Source of the DNA: Eledone cirrhosa
Lineage: Eukaryota
Length of the DNA: 64,000 bases
Direction: 5' to 3'
Assembly: GCA_964016885.1 (NCBI GenBank)
Contig: OZ024753.1
Location: forward strand, 28,706,001 to 28,770,000
Under the pieces are notes generated by a model. That model was not told the origin of the DNA and searched no databases. It saw only the letters and a list, made by a program, of their open reading frames with translations. Numbering within the stretch: position 1 is the stretch's first letter; each line of letters begins with the position of its first letter. This document shows, one piece after another, positions 44,629 through 58,946 of the stretch. Made by a program: the position numbers and the translations under genes.

Positions 44629-44729
44629 CAGGGTGTCCCTCAAAATGTATACACACTTTGATTACCTGTACAGGCAATTTTTATTAGAAATTCTGTTGAA
44701 GTGTGTATACATTTTTTTAGGACACCCTG
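44629..44729. mobile_element. Tc1/mariner-type MITE with TA TSD
   Basis: TA-CAGGGTGTCC..AAAATGTATACACACTT...AAGTGTGTATACATTTT..GGACACCCTG-TA. Confidence 0.88.
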
Positions 44730-44794
44730 TACGGTATGTGTTTTATATATATGTATGTGTGTGAAGAGAAGGAAGCTGATATGATGTCCACATA

Positions 44795-44962
44795 AGAGGG
44801 TTGGACGCCATGTTTTCCAGCATAGAGTTACGTCCCTTTACGGTCTGAGTTCAAATCCTGTCGAGGTTAACTTTGCCTTTCATCCTTACGGGGGTCGATA
44901 AAATAAAGTACCAGTAATGTACTGGGTAATTTGTGGCCTTGTGCCAAATGTAGAAACAATTA
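44795..44962 (+). mobile_element. SINE family A
   Basis: B-box, core and tail as above. Confidence 0.85.
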
Positions 44963-46045
44963 ATTGGTTAGAGAGCAGAAAATTCATAAAAAAACAATTT
45001 TGCTTTTTTTTAAATATTCTATCAGTGACTTTTCTATTAAAGTTTTATATGAGTGTAAATGTTGAGAGAAGGAGGACAGGCTTTACCTATGTGGTCTGTC
45101 TCGTAATACAGACATGTGTGCATAATATGGCTATTAAATAAAGCATGTTAACTAGGATGTTGCAAGCTATTTATTCGTTGGTAATGTCGTCGGCATAGTT
45201 TTCACAGCTCTGCCTACACAGAGACATATCCGGCTGAATTACAAAGTAAAAAAAAAAGGGGGGCGATTGTGAAGTAAGTTGTTATCATTCTCTTTACTCA
45301 GTCATTACTGGGGATAGCTGCAGAACACGAAGGCGTGGATACTGTTATGCATGAGTTGTTGTATAACCCCCGGTCATACCTGACCGAGTAGGCCTATGAT
45401 CAAAGGTGCTCCAGGGGTCGATTCTTCCTCTATAAATCTTTCTCATTTCCTTTCTCTCACTCTCCATATCTTTCTCTGGAAGAATTCTGCTGTATTCAGG
45501 CCTGGAGAGGAGATGGGCTCTGCCAGGTTTTTAAAATGCCATAGAAGCGCTGTATGTCAAAATGGCGCCCCTACAATTTCTCAGCAGTGACGGGTCCATA
45601 CCATACCATACTCCAGTCATCCACTCATTTTAAAATATTTTATGATTACAGTCATTGTTGAACGTTTATCCCTCACACCTTTTTTTAGACGACAGTGTAT
45701 GTTTTAGTGGAAATTAGATTCTTATTTCTAGCAGGTCGATCAACCACGTACAGGTTCTGTCGTCTCCATTCCAAGTCTGTCACCAACAGATCCATGATCC
45801 AAAGGCGTTCCAATGGCAACCATTCTATCTCATATTTAGACATAACGTACCTAGGACTACAGTATCCAATGTGCCCTTCCCTTTTTTTTAATGATCTCCT
45901 TGGCTTTTCTTGGAGAAAATTTCTACTAGCGGCAAATGCAGATTGGAAAATACTGGAAGCGTATGTTGGCGTATAACAGAACTGGTATTTTAATGACACA
46001 AACACTGGCATCATTAAGCAGTAAATTCTTTGTGTACACAACAGT

Positions 46046-46287
46046 CAGGGGCGGTGGAAGCATTTCTGATTTAGAGGGGCCAAATTTAGTTGTAGTGATT
46101 AGTTTAGCTGTTATTATCAAATGCCAACTAGGATATATATAAAAAAAAAAACTTCGATATGCGATAAACATATACATAAATTGTAGCACATATACAAATA
46201 GATGTTTTTGGTAGTTTGGGGAGAAAAATATAATTAATTGGGGAGGGAGGGGGAAGGCATGGCCTTCCCCCACTTCCACCGCCCCTG
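46046..46287. mobile_element. MITE with TIR CAGGGGCGGTGGAAG (hAT-like); second copy at 49558-49809
   Basis: 15-bp TIRs; internal sequence shared between the two copies; TSD not clear. Confidence 0.75.
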
Positions 46288-46619
46288 TCAGTGTATCTAA
46301 TGGTATGGTTTGGTATAGTCCCATAATTCCTGAGTCGTAGGGGCACCGTATTGACATACAGCATTTCTTGGACATTTTAAGCCTGGCAGAGCCCATTCCT
46401 CTCCAGGTCTGAGTACAGCAGATTTCTTCCAGAGAGTGAATGAGAAAGATATATAGAGGAAGAATTGACCCCAGTACTAGACTGGTACTTTTTTTATCGA
46501 CCTCGAAAGGATGAAAGGCAAAGTTGACCTCGGCTGGATTTGAACTCAGAAAGCAGAGAGCCGGGACGAATGCCATAAAGTATTCTTATCCAACATACTA
46601 AAAAACGAATACTATAAAG

Positions 46620-46957
46620 TAGGGGGTCTCAACCTTTTTTTCGCTGTGGACCACCAAAATAAGTAATTTTTTCCTGTGGACCACCTAAACTTTTAAATCT
46701 TTTGTAATAGAACTGCTACTTATAAGCATCAGTAGATGTTTTTTTTCAATGAATTAGAAAATGCTATTATAATGTCGCAGTGCCTAAAAATCTACGCAAA
46801 TAAACAGCTGAAGTCGTACTTATGCGAAGAATAAGAACAGCGCTTTAAGTCAAATGCATGGATCAAAAGAGAATTTGCTATTGAAAATTTTCTGTGGACC
46901 ACCTGAATTTTCCTGTGGCCCACTAGTGGTCCACATGGACCAGGTTGAGAACCCCTG
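46620..46957. mobile_element. hAT (Charlie-like) MITE
   Basis: TIR (T/C)AGGGG(G/T)TCTCAACCT; perfect 8-bp TSD CTATAAAG at 46612-46619 and 46958-46965; subterminal GTGGACCAC repeats. Confidence 0.9.
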
Positions 46958-48199
46958 CTATAAAGCATTCCTATCCGATGTTCTAACGACTAAATAAATA
47001 TGCCAATTAGAGAGCTAAAGCTACATAATCTAATACAGTGTAGTGTTATGAAGTATCCGAGGTGTGGATTGAGTCATAACATTTATGTTCTTATTACGGC
47101 ATTGAAGAAAGGTTATTGTAACCAGGCGAAAGGAGGCTTATCAATGCGACATCTTTGACAATTAGGTAACCCGGGAATATAAAGGCTTTACTTGCTTATT
47201 CGTTGCTGACAATCGATAAACTGGGTGCTGCTCTGTGTATAGATATATAGTCAGAACCTGGAATACAGTGCCTCCATTAATACTCCCCTGTCATACATAT
47301 CTCACGCACGCACATACACACACCACACACATATACACATGCATATACGCACATACACCACTCACACACACAAACACCATACACACACACACAGACACAC
47401 ACAACACCACATGCATCCACACACACACAAAACACCACACACACACAAAACACCACACGCGCACACAAACACCACACCACACACCACACCACACCACACA
47501 CCACACACAAGCACCACATACAAGCACCACGCCACAGACACACAAGCACCTCACGCACACACAAACACCACGCCACACACGCACCACACGCACACACAAA
47601 CACCACGCCACACACGCACCACACGCACACCTCACACATACACACATACAAACACCATACACACACACAAGCACAAACACACACACAATGGAATTTGTAT
47701 CAGGCCGAAGGTTAAATATGTTATAAAAAATTATGAAATAGAATGGTAAATCTTTCAACCTCTATAAATTGAATACTGCATCTCTCTCTCTCTCTGCATT
47801 GTTTCCATGTTCCTTGCCATTGTATGAACGTGTGTATTTACATACATTTACCCCCCTCCCGGGTCAGCATCTGTACAGATGGCAGTAATTTAAAAAAAAA
47901 CAAAAACAGATTTGGTTACTATCTCTACTATTACTACATAGTGCCCTCCACCCACCCCCTCATTCATTCGTTTATGTATGTGTGTATTATAATTATGTGT
48001 GCAGTTATAAAGATGGCACTCCTCAAGTTGTAGGAGAGGTGATATTGTAATGATCAGACCGAACCTCTTCAAATGTCCTCTAGACATCCATTAATTTAAT
48101 AATTCTTTATTAAAACAATGTTGGCAATCGCTGAATAGGAGACCTTTGTGATCGCCCAACCGGCTAGAAATAGCAACTAAGTTTTCTCTCAAACTACAT

Positions 48200-48535
48200 C
48201 TTATGCCATTCTGAGTTCAAATCCTGCCGAGGTTAACTTTGCCTTTCATCCTTACGGGGTCGATAAAATAAAGTACCAGTAATACACTGGGTAATTGCTG
48301 GCCTTGTGCCTAACGTAGAAACAATTATTTTAACAGGGAAAGGTTGGTGGATTGGCAGTATGGGTAGAGGGTTCGACACCATGCTTTGATGCATAGAGTT
48401 ATGGCCCTTACCATTCTGAGTTCAAATCCTGCCGAAGTTAACTTTGCCTTCTTTCATCCTTACAGGGTCGATAAAATAAAGTACCAGTAATGCACTGAGT
48501 AATTGCTGGCCTTGTGCCAAAAGTAGAAACAATTA
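48200..48535 (+). mobile_element. Two tandem SINE family A copies
   Basis: Core and tail occur twice. Confidence 0.85.
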
Positions 48536-49210
48536 TATTTTTGTGGTAAAGGATTTATCTTACTTAATTATCTCACATAATATCGAATCTATGAGATTTT
48601 GATATTGTTTATTTTGAGAACAATACCTTTACATCAGTATGAACAGCCAGTTACAGAGAGCTTGAACAGAAAGAAGTGAGATAATTCTGACCAGATACAG
48701 CCAAATGCTAAAGGGTTAAATGTTGATGATGATGATGATTCTCACAACTCTGCCAGTTTGCTGCCTTGTCCTGATAGTGAAGTAGAATGTGACATGTTTC
48801 AAGATTTACTGTAAATATCCTCAGGGAATATATTTCTTATCTTGAATAAATATTGCCATGTAATATCATGACTAAACTATAAATACTGAACCGATTAAGT
48901 TCACATGTCTATTTGTACTCTGGTAACTTTTCATCAATCATTTATTTGGCTATTAATAGAACCACTGAGATGGGGTGAAGTCAAGTTACTTTCCTGTAGC
49001 TTACTCACTTATATTATCATTGTTTTTACATCTACTTTCTCAGCTGGCATGAATTGGATAAGACTTTTTCAGGCAGTGTTTCTTAGATGAATGTCCTTCT
49101 GATGCTAACCTCTATTTCTAAGTATGGTTCTTATTCCATTCTACTTCACCCATTAAATAGCAAAGCAAGACATTATAATGTAGGAGAAGGATAAATGGTA
49201 CCATTTGTTT

Positions 49211-49424
49211 TATCCTTTAGCATTTACATTACTCTATATTTACTATTGTATTTTTGTGGTAAAGGTTTTATCTCACATAATATCGAATCTATGAGATTTT
49301 GATATTATTTATTTTGAGAACAATACCTTAACATCAGTATGAGCAGCCAGTCACGCCTAGTTTAAACAGAAAGAGGTGAGAGAATTCTGGCCAAATACGA
49401 CTGGTTTAAATGCTAAAGGGTTAA
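49211..49424. mobile_element. piggyBac-type MITE (related pieces at 48540-48718, 51380-51580, 52955-53317 and 13630-13680)
   Basis: TIR CCTTTAGCATTTA / TAAATGCTAAAGGG-TTAA. Confidence 0.78.
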
Positions 49425-50601
49425 GTGATGTTGGCATGAAAACATATGCACATACTCAAGTACATATATATATGTACATACATATACATACATTAATAAA
49501 ATGGAGAGGTGATGATGATGAACAGTGTACACTGGACACATCTTACATTATATATATCAGGGGTGGTGGAGGCATTTCTGAATTGGGGTGGAGGAGGCAA
49601 ATTTGGTCAATTTAGTTGTAGTGATTAGTTTAGCTGTTATCAAATATCAACTAAGATATAAAAAAACTTTGATATGCAATAAACATAACATGTACATAAA
49701 TTGTAGTGCATATACAAATAGATGTGTTTTGGTAGTTTGGGGAGAAAAAATATGATTATTGGTGGGACCCATGTCCCCACCCCCCTGGCATCCCAGTTCC
49801 ACCGCCCCATATATATTTATATATATATATATAATTTTGATGTTGCATGATTGGAATCCGTCCTTCTTATATTTTCCTTATATATTTATTGAAGTATTTA
49901 ACTCTGTTCCTGTACCAACCATGAGATACCATATTTATGATGGAAGATATGCATAATGTTTAGTATTTTTTGCTTATTGCATCATGGTCTGCTAATCAAA
50001 CTGACTAGATCACAAACCCAGCTACCTATTAGTTAAGCCATCCAACATAAATGGTATATATATATATATATATTCATTCATTAAAATAACAGATTAAAGT
50101 TTAAGCAAAGAATCGCTGCTTTCACCCTTAAAAGATGGCTGACAGAATACGCACGTGTTTTTTTCTCCCCAATTTTTTTTTTTCATTTCCCTGTTCCTTC
50201 CTATCATCACTCTTTACTTTCTATTTATCTTCTATTTTTAACTCTATCTTCAGATGAAGGACTAGTGTCTGAAAAGTTAAGTCTCTCTTCCTGCTATTTC
50301 AAGTGTTATACTAATATATTTCTTCCATGAACTGTGTCATTTGTTTTGTTATTTTTGTTTACCTTTTACATATATATATGTATATATATGATGATTATAT
50401 ATATATATATATGATTAGATATATCAAAAAGAGTTAGTTGATTTATAATCAGCTGACTTTTATATAACAGATGTCAAGCACTCAACAGTATATTATAATG
50501 ATAATAATAATTGTTTCTACTTTTGGGACAAGGCTAGCAATTATCCCAGTGCATTACTGGTGCTTTATTTTATCGACCCTGTAAGGATGAAAGGCAAAGT
50601 T

Positions 50602-50801
50602 AGATCATCTCTATTTTATTATACATATTTCGAAGATGCAAGGCTTATGTATAACATAATCCAAAACATGTTCTTGTCTGACAAAATACACAGGAGAAAC
50701 TTGTATCTCCTATGCATTTTGTCTGACGAGAACATGTTTTGGATTATGTTATACATAAGCCTTGCATCTTCAAAATATGTATAATAAAATAGAGATGATC
50801 T
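50602..50801. mobile_element. Fold-back H2-like element; each arm's hammerhead carries a different core mutation
   Basis: Right arm reads CTGACGA..CTTC-AAAA; left arm reads CAGACAA..CTTC-GAAA; their consensus is intact. Confidence 0.8.
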
Positions 50802-52137
50802 AAAGTAACTATCTATTTTATTATTATTATTATTATTGTTGTTGTTGTTATTATAATATATATATATTTAATTAAAAATTGAACAACACAATATATAACT
50901 ACTCTATCCTATTGTGTTGTTCACTTTCCAATTAAATAGCTCTGTTCTATACATAGAGCACTCTTTTTTCCTTTGCTTTTTCTTCGGAATCACCTAACAC
51001 TAAAACATATATATATATATATATAATGTAGCAGGAACAGAGGAAATTAATCATAATATCTAAATATATGTTTATTATTGCCAAAGATGACTATTCACAA
51101 ATCAATATTCTTGTTTACATTGATGCCATGTCATACATTTTCAACCAGGTCGAAGATGTATGACAAAATTTTGTTGACATTATCATGCAATACTATCAAT
51201 GAACTAAACAAAAGTGAATATAACTGCATGTGTGTGTGATTCAAATGGCTCTCATGACTTCTATTGTGTAACTTATAGTTTCAACACACGTTCTCAGATC
51301 AAATTTTTCAACAGATAACAACCCCCCAATTTTTTAATGCTGCCATCATACTATTAACTGTTACCGATTTCTTTTTTGTTTAATCCCTTAGCATTTAAAC
51401 CAGCCATATCTAGCCAGAATTCTTTCACCTCTTTCTGTTCAAACTGACCATAACTGTCCACTCGTACTGATGTTAAGGTATTGTTCTCAAAATAAATAAT
51501 ATCAAAATCTCATAGATTCGATATTATGTGAGATATTATGTGAGATAAAGCCTTTACCATGAAAATATAATTGTAAATCTAAACTATAATAAAGTAAGGA
51601 GCACGGGACTGCGTACAGTTTATAATTTTTTATCCCATTAGTAAAATAAGTTGGATTACTTTGAATAAATAATGAATGAATATTACATAATTAATCTACT
51701 AAATTTCGTGACTGTTCATTAAATATATTTTATTACTTATTTAAAGATTCACCTCTTTAAAATGTTCAAATGTCAACACTTCTGGTTAGCGGTCGCTTAA
51801 ATAAATATTCATATATTTCTGTCACTAATTTTCTCCTAATGCAGTTTATATATATCGTCTTTGTTTAATGTATCATGGATTACATTACTGATTACATAAG
51901 ACAGTGTAACACAGTCTTCGTTCAATTTCTGTGTATATTGTCAATTACGATTTTATTTGATGTATCATATGTACATGTATATATACTTGCATATAATATC
52001 AATATACACACTACACATGCTAGCAGAAAAACCACCCAAAGGGTTTTTCTGCTAGAATAGAGTAATGTAAATGCTAAAGAGTTAACTAAATATTTTTTTC
52101 ACATTCTTGACTAGAACTAACAGAGAACTACTACAAA

Positions 52138-52330
52138 GAAGGTGGCCGCTTCCTCTTTGCACCTGTCACCATTGAGACTCCAGGCTTACTTGGACCCCCT
52201 AGTGTTGAGCTCCTCTGCAAGTTTAGAATGTTGGCAGCCCATCTGAGGAAGGAGCCCCGCGAGGTGGGGTGGCTGTTGCAGCAGGTATTGCTGGCCATTG
52301 TCCACAGGAGTGCTTTTGCGTCTAGTCCAC
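52138..52330 (+). pseudogene. Relic of the C-terminal RLE endonuclease region of a CRE-like non-LTR element
   Basis: Translation FLFAPVTIETPGLLGP..LL..LAAHLRKEPREVGWLLQQVLLAIVHRSA resembles the F.PVA.ETLG..G...PRE..WL.QR.SLA..RGNA pattern (recognised from memory). Confidence 0.6.
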
Positions 52331-54312
52331 AGGGCACAGCCCCATTACTGCCACACCCTAGGCCCAGAGCCCAATCCCACTTCCATTCTTCTGTGACACT
52401 AGATCCCTTGCCTTTCCCTTCCTTTTCTGTTTTTTTTATATATTCTTATTTTACATCCCATTCTTTCATTTCAATCTAAAATATTAAGTAAAAGATAGTT
52501 TATTCAAGCATCTAAGAATGGTAGAACTGTGCAGTCATAAGCTTAATTGATTTCCTATTTTGAACTAGGAGTAAATAATATTTCTTTCTCCTGACCCATA
52601 TGAAATACTACTAATTCCATTATCATATTTAAGCTATTTTATTATAGTATTAGGTTCCCTCCAGCTGTGAACTATTTACTATAATTATTGATATTATATA
52701 TAAAATGCCATAGCTGTTCCACCCTATGTTAGTTGCTATTGTACTATATATAAAATTTCAGCTGATAATGATTGATCAGGTAAAATTTACACACAACAGT
52801 GATTTCTATTCCCTTATCTGTAGACAGTTCACCAGTTATATATTTCATTATCTCTGTTTGATCTGAGATATTTTTGAGAACATTGTTCACTCTATAGATT
52901 ATTTCTCCTACAACTATGTATGCCAGTACTACTACACCCTAATAAATAATGGGCTTAACCCTTTAGCATTGAAACCGGCTGTATCCCGCCTGTGTTCTCT
53001 CACCTCTTTCTGTTCAAACCACTCATATCTGGCGAAAATTCTCTCATCTCTTTAGTATTTCTAGATTATTTAAAAACCATATACAGTGTCTTTCATTAGA
53101 AATATGGTAACAAAAGGGTTAACACTTTAGCATTTAAACCAGCCATATCTGGCCAGAATTCTCTCACCTCTTTCTATTACTGGCAGTGACTGATGTTAAG
53201 GTATTGTTCTCAAAATAAATAATATCAAGATCTCATAGATTCAATATTATGTGAGGTAAAGCCTTTACCACGAAAACACAATAGTAAATATAGAGTAATG
53301 TAAATGCTAAAGGGTTATGGATGCCCCTGATGTTGTTCAAGGGAAAGACAAAAGCAATGGGTCTGCCGGGGCTGTAGTGAGGCCAGCACGTGGGACCCCA
53401 CTTGCTCACCATACAGAGAGAGGGGGAGGGTGAGAGAGATAGAGGCGATGACGGTGGGAGTTTGGCTCTTCCACGTTCGGACCATATCCCCGTGGCTGTC
53501 TTCATTATCTACAATATTCTGCTCACATTGCATACAGCTTGGTACCAGAGACATTGCAATTCATTTTTTTCCAGCTGAGTGAACTGGGGTGACATGAAAT
53601 AAAGTATCTTGATCAAGAACACAACTTATAACTTATAACTATGTTGCTACTAAACCATTATATTTTTATATCCTTCTTAATCTCCACATCCAGTGATGGG
53701 CTAGATTAGCAAGTAAGCTTCTTAATCAGAATATTAATTTGATATGAAACGTTTTCTTACAGAACTTTTATTTTGATGCTAGGTCCTTTCAATCCTCATC
53801 ATCATCATGACTATCATCATTTAATTGTTTCTACTTTTGGCACAAGGCCAACAATTATCCCAGTTTATTACTGGTACTTTATTTTATCGACCCCCGTAAG
53901 GATGAAAGGAATAGTGAACCTATCATCATTTAATATCCATATTCCCTGCTAACAACAGTTGAACAGGTCTTCACAAACCAAGCCAGTACACAACTGGAGC
54001 TTATGGCCTCTCGGACAGTCTGAGAGCCTGTATCTTGATTCCCTCACTCTACCAAGTACATTCTTTCATAGCACTAGGACCAATGAGGTTGCTAAGTCTT
54101 TGACAAAGCTGCATGGGTAGATATATATATGTGTGTGTGTAAAACCCCAATCACGGTGCCAAGCGGTTTCAGCTTAAGACATAAGCCAAAACCACTTGCC
54201 GCCACAGTTGAGATTTTACATATCTATATAAATATATGGTTGTGTATATGTGTATGTATATATATGTGTGTGTGTGTGTGTACAGGGATATATGTATGTA
54301 TATGTATGTATA

Positions 54313-54490
54313 AGGTAAACAAAAATAACAAAACAAACGGCACAGTACATGAAAGAAATATATTAGTTTAACACTTGAAATAGCAGGAAGAGTCTTCACG
54401 TTTCAGACACTAGTCCTTCGTCAGAACATAGTTAGAAATAGAAGATAACTAGAAAGTAAAGAGTGATGAGACGAAGGACTGGGGAAAATG
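54313..54490 (-). mobile_element. Penelope-tail-like repeat with degenerate hammerhead (H4); copies at 3418-3520 and 50190-50368
   Basis: CTGACGA-AGGACTAGTGTCT-GAAACGT followed by TTCCTGCTATTTCAAGTGTTAAAC...TTTGTTATTTTTGTTTACCTT and TA repeats. Confidence 0.65.
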
Positions 54491-54737
54491 ATATATGTGT
54501 ATATGTATATATAAACGTATATGTATGTGTGTATATGTGTATATATATATATATGTGTGTATGTGTGTGTGTGTATGTGCCTGTGTATATATGTATATGT
54601 GTGTGTATATGTGTCTGTATATGTGTGTGTATATATATATGTATGTATATATGTGTATATATATATATGTGTGTGTATATATATATGTTTGTGCATGTAG
54701 CTCTTCTCTCTATTGGCATACTATAATTATTACAGAT

Positions 54738-54930
54738 AGGGCGGTGGATTGGCAGTATCGGTAGAGGTCGGACGCCATGCTTTGCAGCATAGTTATGGCC
54801 CTTTACATTCGGAGTTCAAATCCCGCTGAGGTTAACTTTGCCCTTCATCCTTACGGGGGTCGATAAAATAAAGTACCAGTAATGCACTGGGATAATTACT
54901 GGCCTTGTGCCAAAAGTAGTAACAATTATT
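54738..54930 (+). mobile_element. SINE family A
   Basis: Complete head, core and tail. Confidence 0.88.
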
Positions 54931-55191
54931 ATAGATATTTATCTACTGCCACAAATTTTCTTTTAGTTATTTAAAAAATATTTCTTTCTTTCCTGTACAT
55001 GTGAAAATATAAATGAGTGTGCTACTTTTAGAATTTAAAAAAATATTTCTTTCAATTATTTAACTTTTTATATATATTTATTTATTTTTATATATATTTT
55101 CAGGTAAAAAAAAAAGGGAATATATAACACACAGCTATCAGATATATCTGGTGATTAGGTAAGACCTCTGCATTGATGAATAATGTAAATG

Positions 55192-55256
<65 letters not shown>

Positions 55257-55709
55257 CGTGTGTATATATATCACCTGTTCTTGTTTGTAGCTGTTTATTA
55301 GTTATTTAGTGTTATTTTTTGTTATGTATATACAGGGTGTCCCAAAAATGTATACACACTTCAATAGCATTCTAATAAATATGTGCCTATATTTTTGGGG
55401 GGACATCTTGTACATTTATAATTTGTGTTTACATTTTTGTTGCTATTTATATAAATTCTCATTATCATATATAATAAAAGGATAAATTATTAAAACTAAG
55501 TCATCATATCAACAGAATTGTTAGATCGGACAAAATACTTTTACTGTACATTCTTAATCCAAATCCTGTTGAAAGCAACTTTGCCTTTCATCCTTCTAAG
55601 CTCAATAGCATTAAGTACCAGTTAAATACTGAGGTTGATATTTTTTTATCAACTATACCCACTCCTCTCAAAAATTTGTAAATCACTGGCTGTTAGACAT
55701 CCTTATTAA

Positions 55710-55924
55710 GAGCAGACAATTGACAGTATCTGTAGGGGTCAGACACCATGCTTTGCAGCATAGAGTTATGGCCCTTTACGTTCTGGGTTCAAATCCTGCC
55801 GAGGTTAGCTTTGCCTTTCATCCTTACGGGGGTCGATAAAATAAAGTACCAGTCACGCACTGGGGTCGATTTAATCGACTTTCCCCTCCCCCAAAATTGC
55901 TGGCCTTGTGCCTATATAAGAAAC

Positions 55925-55974
<50 letters not shown>

Positions 55975-55975
55975 T
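55710..55975 (+). mobile_element. SINE family A (long variant) with (TTA)n tail
   Basis: Includes the extra GGGGTCGATTTAATCGAC segment. Confidence 0.88.
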
Positions 55976-57643
55976 TAACTTTTGTTTGTAATTGCTTATT
56001 GTAACTCCTTGATGGTTTATCCTTATAAATTTTATATCATGTTAACCCAAATCTATTTAATTGCTCAAATGATGTTTCTGTGGTAGTTTTTCTTTTCTGT
56101 TTTTTATTTATATTTTTGTTTTTATCTTTGTTGTTTTTTTTTAAATTTCATTTCATATATTTTTTCATTTAATTTATATTTATTTTATTGATTTTATTTT
56201 GTTTTTAAAGTGTATTTCCATGCATATTCCAAAATACCACGCTGTGTGTAACCTAGATGAAAATATTAGACAATGGGGCCCTTGCTAGCAGGGAAAGAAA
56301 GAAAAATAGGGTTAAAACGACGACAACGGTGACTATGGGACATTTGAAAGGAGTTTAATGCTAGATGTAATAAGGTGGGGATTTTTCATTGCTTTGTTCT
56401 GGAGAATTCTGTTGTACAACGATGATAGCATTGATACATGTGCTAGCTATTCTGAAAATTTGGCTCCACATATGCTATGGATTTCTATGTAGGCTTTCAA
56501 TAAAAAAAATATTGAAAATGTGTATATTTAAGTGTATATGTATGTGTGTATGAATGTGTGTATATATATGGATATATGTATATATATTCCTTCCATGTAC
56601 AGGGCCATTTGTTATGTTATCTTTGGTATATCTGTTTATCTTTTACATACATATGCATATATATATGTATATATATGTATATATATATATATATATGTAT
56701 ATAAATGTTTATATATATATATGTGTGTATATATATATGTATATATGTATGTATATATGTATAAATATATATATAAATATACACATATATATATATATAA
56801 ATATATACACACATATATATATACATATATAAATATATACACACATATATATACACACATTTATATACATATATATATACATATATATATAAATATATAT
56901 GTATATACATATATATATACATATATATCTATACACACATATGTATATATATATGTATATACATATATATATACATATATATCTATACACACATATGTAT
57001 AGACACACATGTATATATATACATATATATATATACATATATATATAGACACACATGTATATATATACACATATATATATATACACACATATATATATAT
57101 ATATACACACATATATATATATATATACACATATATATATACATATATATGTATATATAAGTATATGTATATACATATATACATATATATATGTATATGT
57201 ATATACATATATACATATGTATATACATATATATATGTATATACGTATATACATATATATATGTATAAACATATATATATATGTATATACATATATATAT
57301 ATATACACATATATATATATATGTATATACATATATATATATATGTATATACATATAAATATGTATATACATATGCATATATATATATCTATATAAATAT
57401 ATATGTATATACATATATATGTATATACATATATATATATGTATATACATATATATATATGTATATACACATATATATATATATGTATATACATATATAT
57501 ATATGTATATACATATATATATATGTATATACATATATATATGTATTTACATATACATATATATATATGTATATATATATATATGTATATACATATATAT
57601 GTATATACATATATATATATATATATGTATATACATATATATG

Positions 57644-57677
<34 letters not shown>

Positions 57678-57969
57678 CAAACAAATAACGAAACGAAATT
57701 AAACCTCGTTTCGTTTGTAACTCACTTTTGTATGACTGACGCTTAAACAATTAAGTTAAAAATGTACATCCACATATGTATACTGAAATACTAGTATGCA
57801 TATGAATACACACACGTATACATATGTAGATGTACCGAGTTTTTCACTGGTCACTTTACTGCGAGTGTCCAGCTATTCTGTATGTAAACACACAGACAAA
57901 CCGGTTTTTAGAGTCATACTGGTTTTTGAGGAAACACCTTTCCTCTATTCTCCAGAAAGCCAGACAAGG

Positions 57970-58014
57970 AATATTGAACTAGTTTCGATGTTGTTACATC
58001 TCATCAGCAATATT
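57970..58014 (-). ncRNA. Minimal type I hammerhead ribozyme, copy 1
   Basis: AATATTG-CTGATGA-GATGT AACA ACATC-GAAA-CTAG-TT-CAATATT. Confidence 0.88.
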
Positions 58015-58435
58015 TACCTATCTTCCGGCCTCTCTAGAGAATCGTAAAAGCACATATCGTTATATGCTTTTTCTATGAAAATTAGTAGTGGGCAGACTAA
58101 TTTGCATAGAGGGTGAGTACGTACCGGTTCAACGGAGACGATAAAAACAAATAACGAAACGAAATTAAACCTCGTTTCGTTTGTAACTCACTTTTGTATG
58201 ACTGACGCTTAAACAATTAAGTTAAAAATGTACATCCACATATGTATACTGAAATACTAGTATGCATATGAATACACACACGTATACATATGTAGATGTA
58301 CCGAGTTTTTCACTGGTCACTTTACTGCGAGTGTCCAGCTATTCTGTATGTAAACACACAGACAAACCGGTTTTTAGAGTCATACTGGTTTTTGAGGAAA
58401 CACCTTTCCTCTATTCTCCAGAAAGCCAGACAAGG

Positions 58436-58480
58436 AATATTGAACTAGTTTCGATGTTGTTACATCTCATCAGCAATATT
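58436..58480 (-). ncRNA. Minimal type I hammerhead ribozyme, copy 2
   Basis: Identical to copy 1, offset +466 bp. Confidence 0.88.
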
Positions 58481-58901
58481 TACCTATCTTCCGGCCTCTC
58501 TAGAGAATCGTAAAAGCACATATCGTTATATGCTTTTTCTATGAAAATTAGTAGTGGGCAGACTAATTTGCATAGAGGGTGAGTACGTACCGGTTCAACG
58601 GAGACGATAAAAACAAATAACGAAACGAAATTAAACCTCGTTTCGTTTGTAACTCACTTTTGTATGACTGACGCTTAAACAATTAAGTTAAAAATGTACA
58701 TCCACATATGTATACTGAAATACTAGTATGCATATGAATACACACACGTATACATATGTAGATGTACCGAGTTTTTCACTGGTCACTTTACTGCGAGTGT
58801 CCAGCTATTCTGTATGTAAACACACAGACAAACCGGTTTTTAGAGTCATACTGGTTTTTGAGGAAACACCTTTCCTCTATTCTCCAGAAAGCCAGACAAG
58901 G

Positions 58902-58946
58902 AATATTGAACTAGTTTCGATGTTGTTACATCTCATCAGCAATATT
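58902..58946 (-). ncRNA. Minimal type I hammerhead ribozyme, copy 3
   Basis: Identical to copy 1, offset +932 bp. Confidence 0.88.

Noticed and set aside
53320-53510. GC-rich island possibly a CRE-like RT relic
   Set aside because: Only a vague resemblance across frames; the diagnostic QGDP motif is absent.
57796-58047. 83-aa ORF repeated in each 466-bp unit
   Set aside because: Antisense to the ribozyme strand with no recognisable motif; its recurrence only reflects the DNA repeat.
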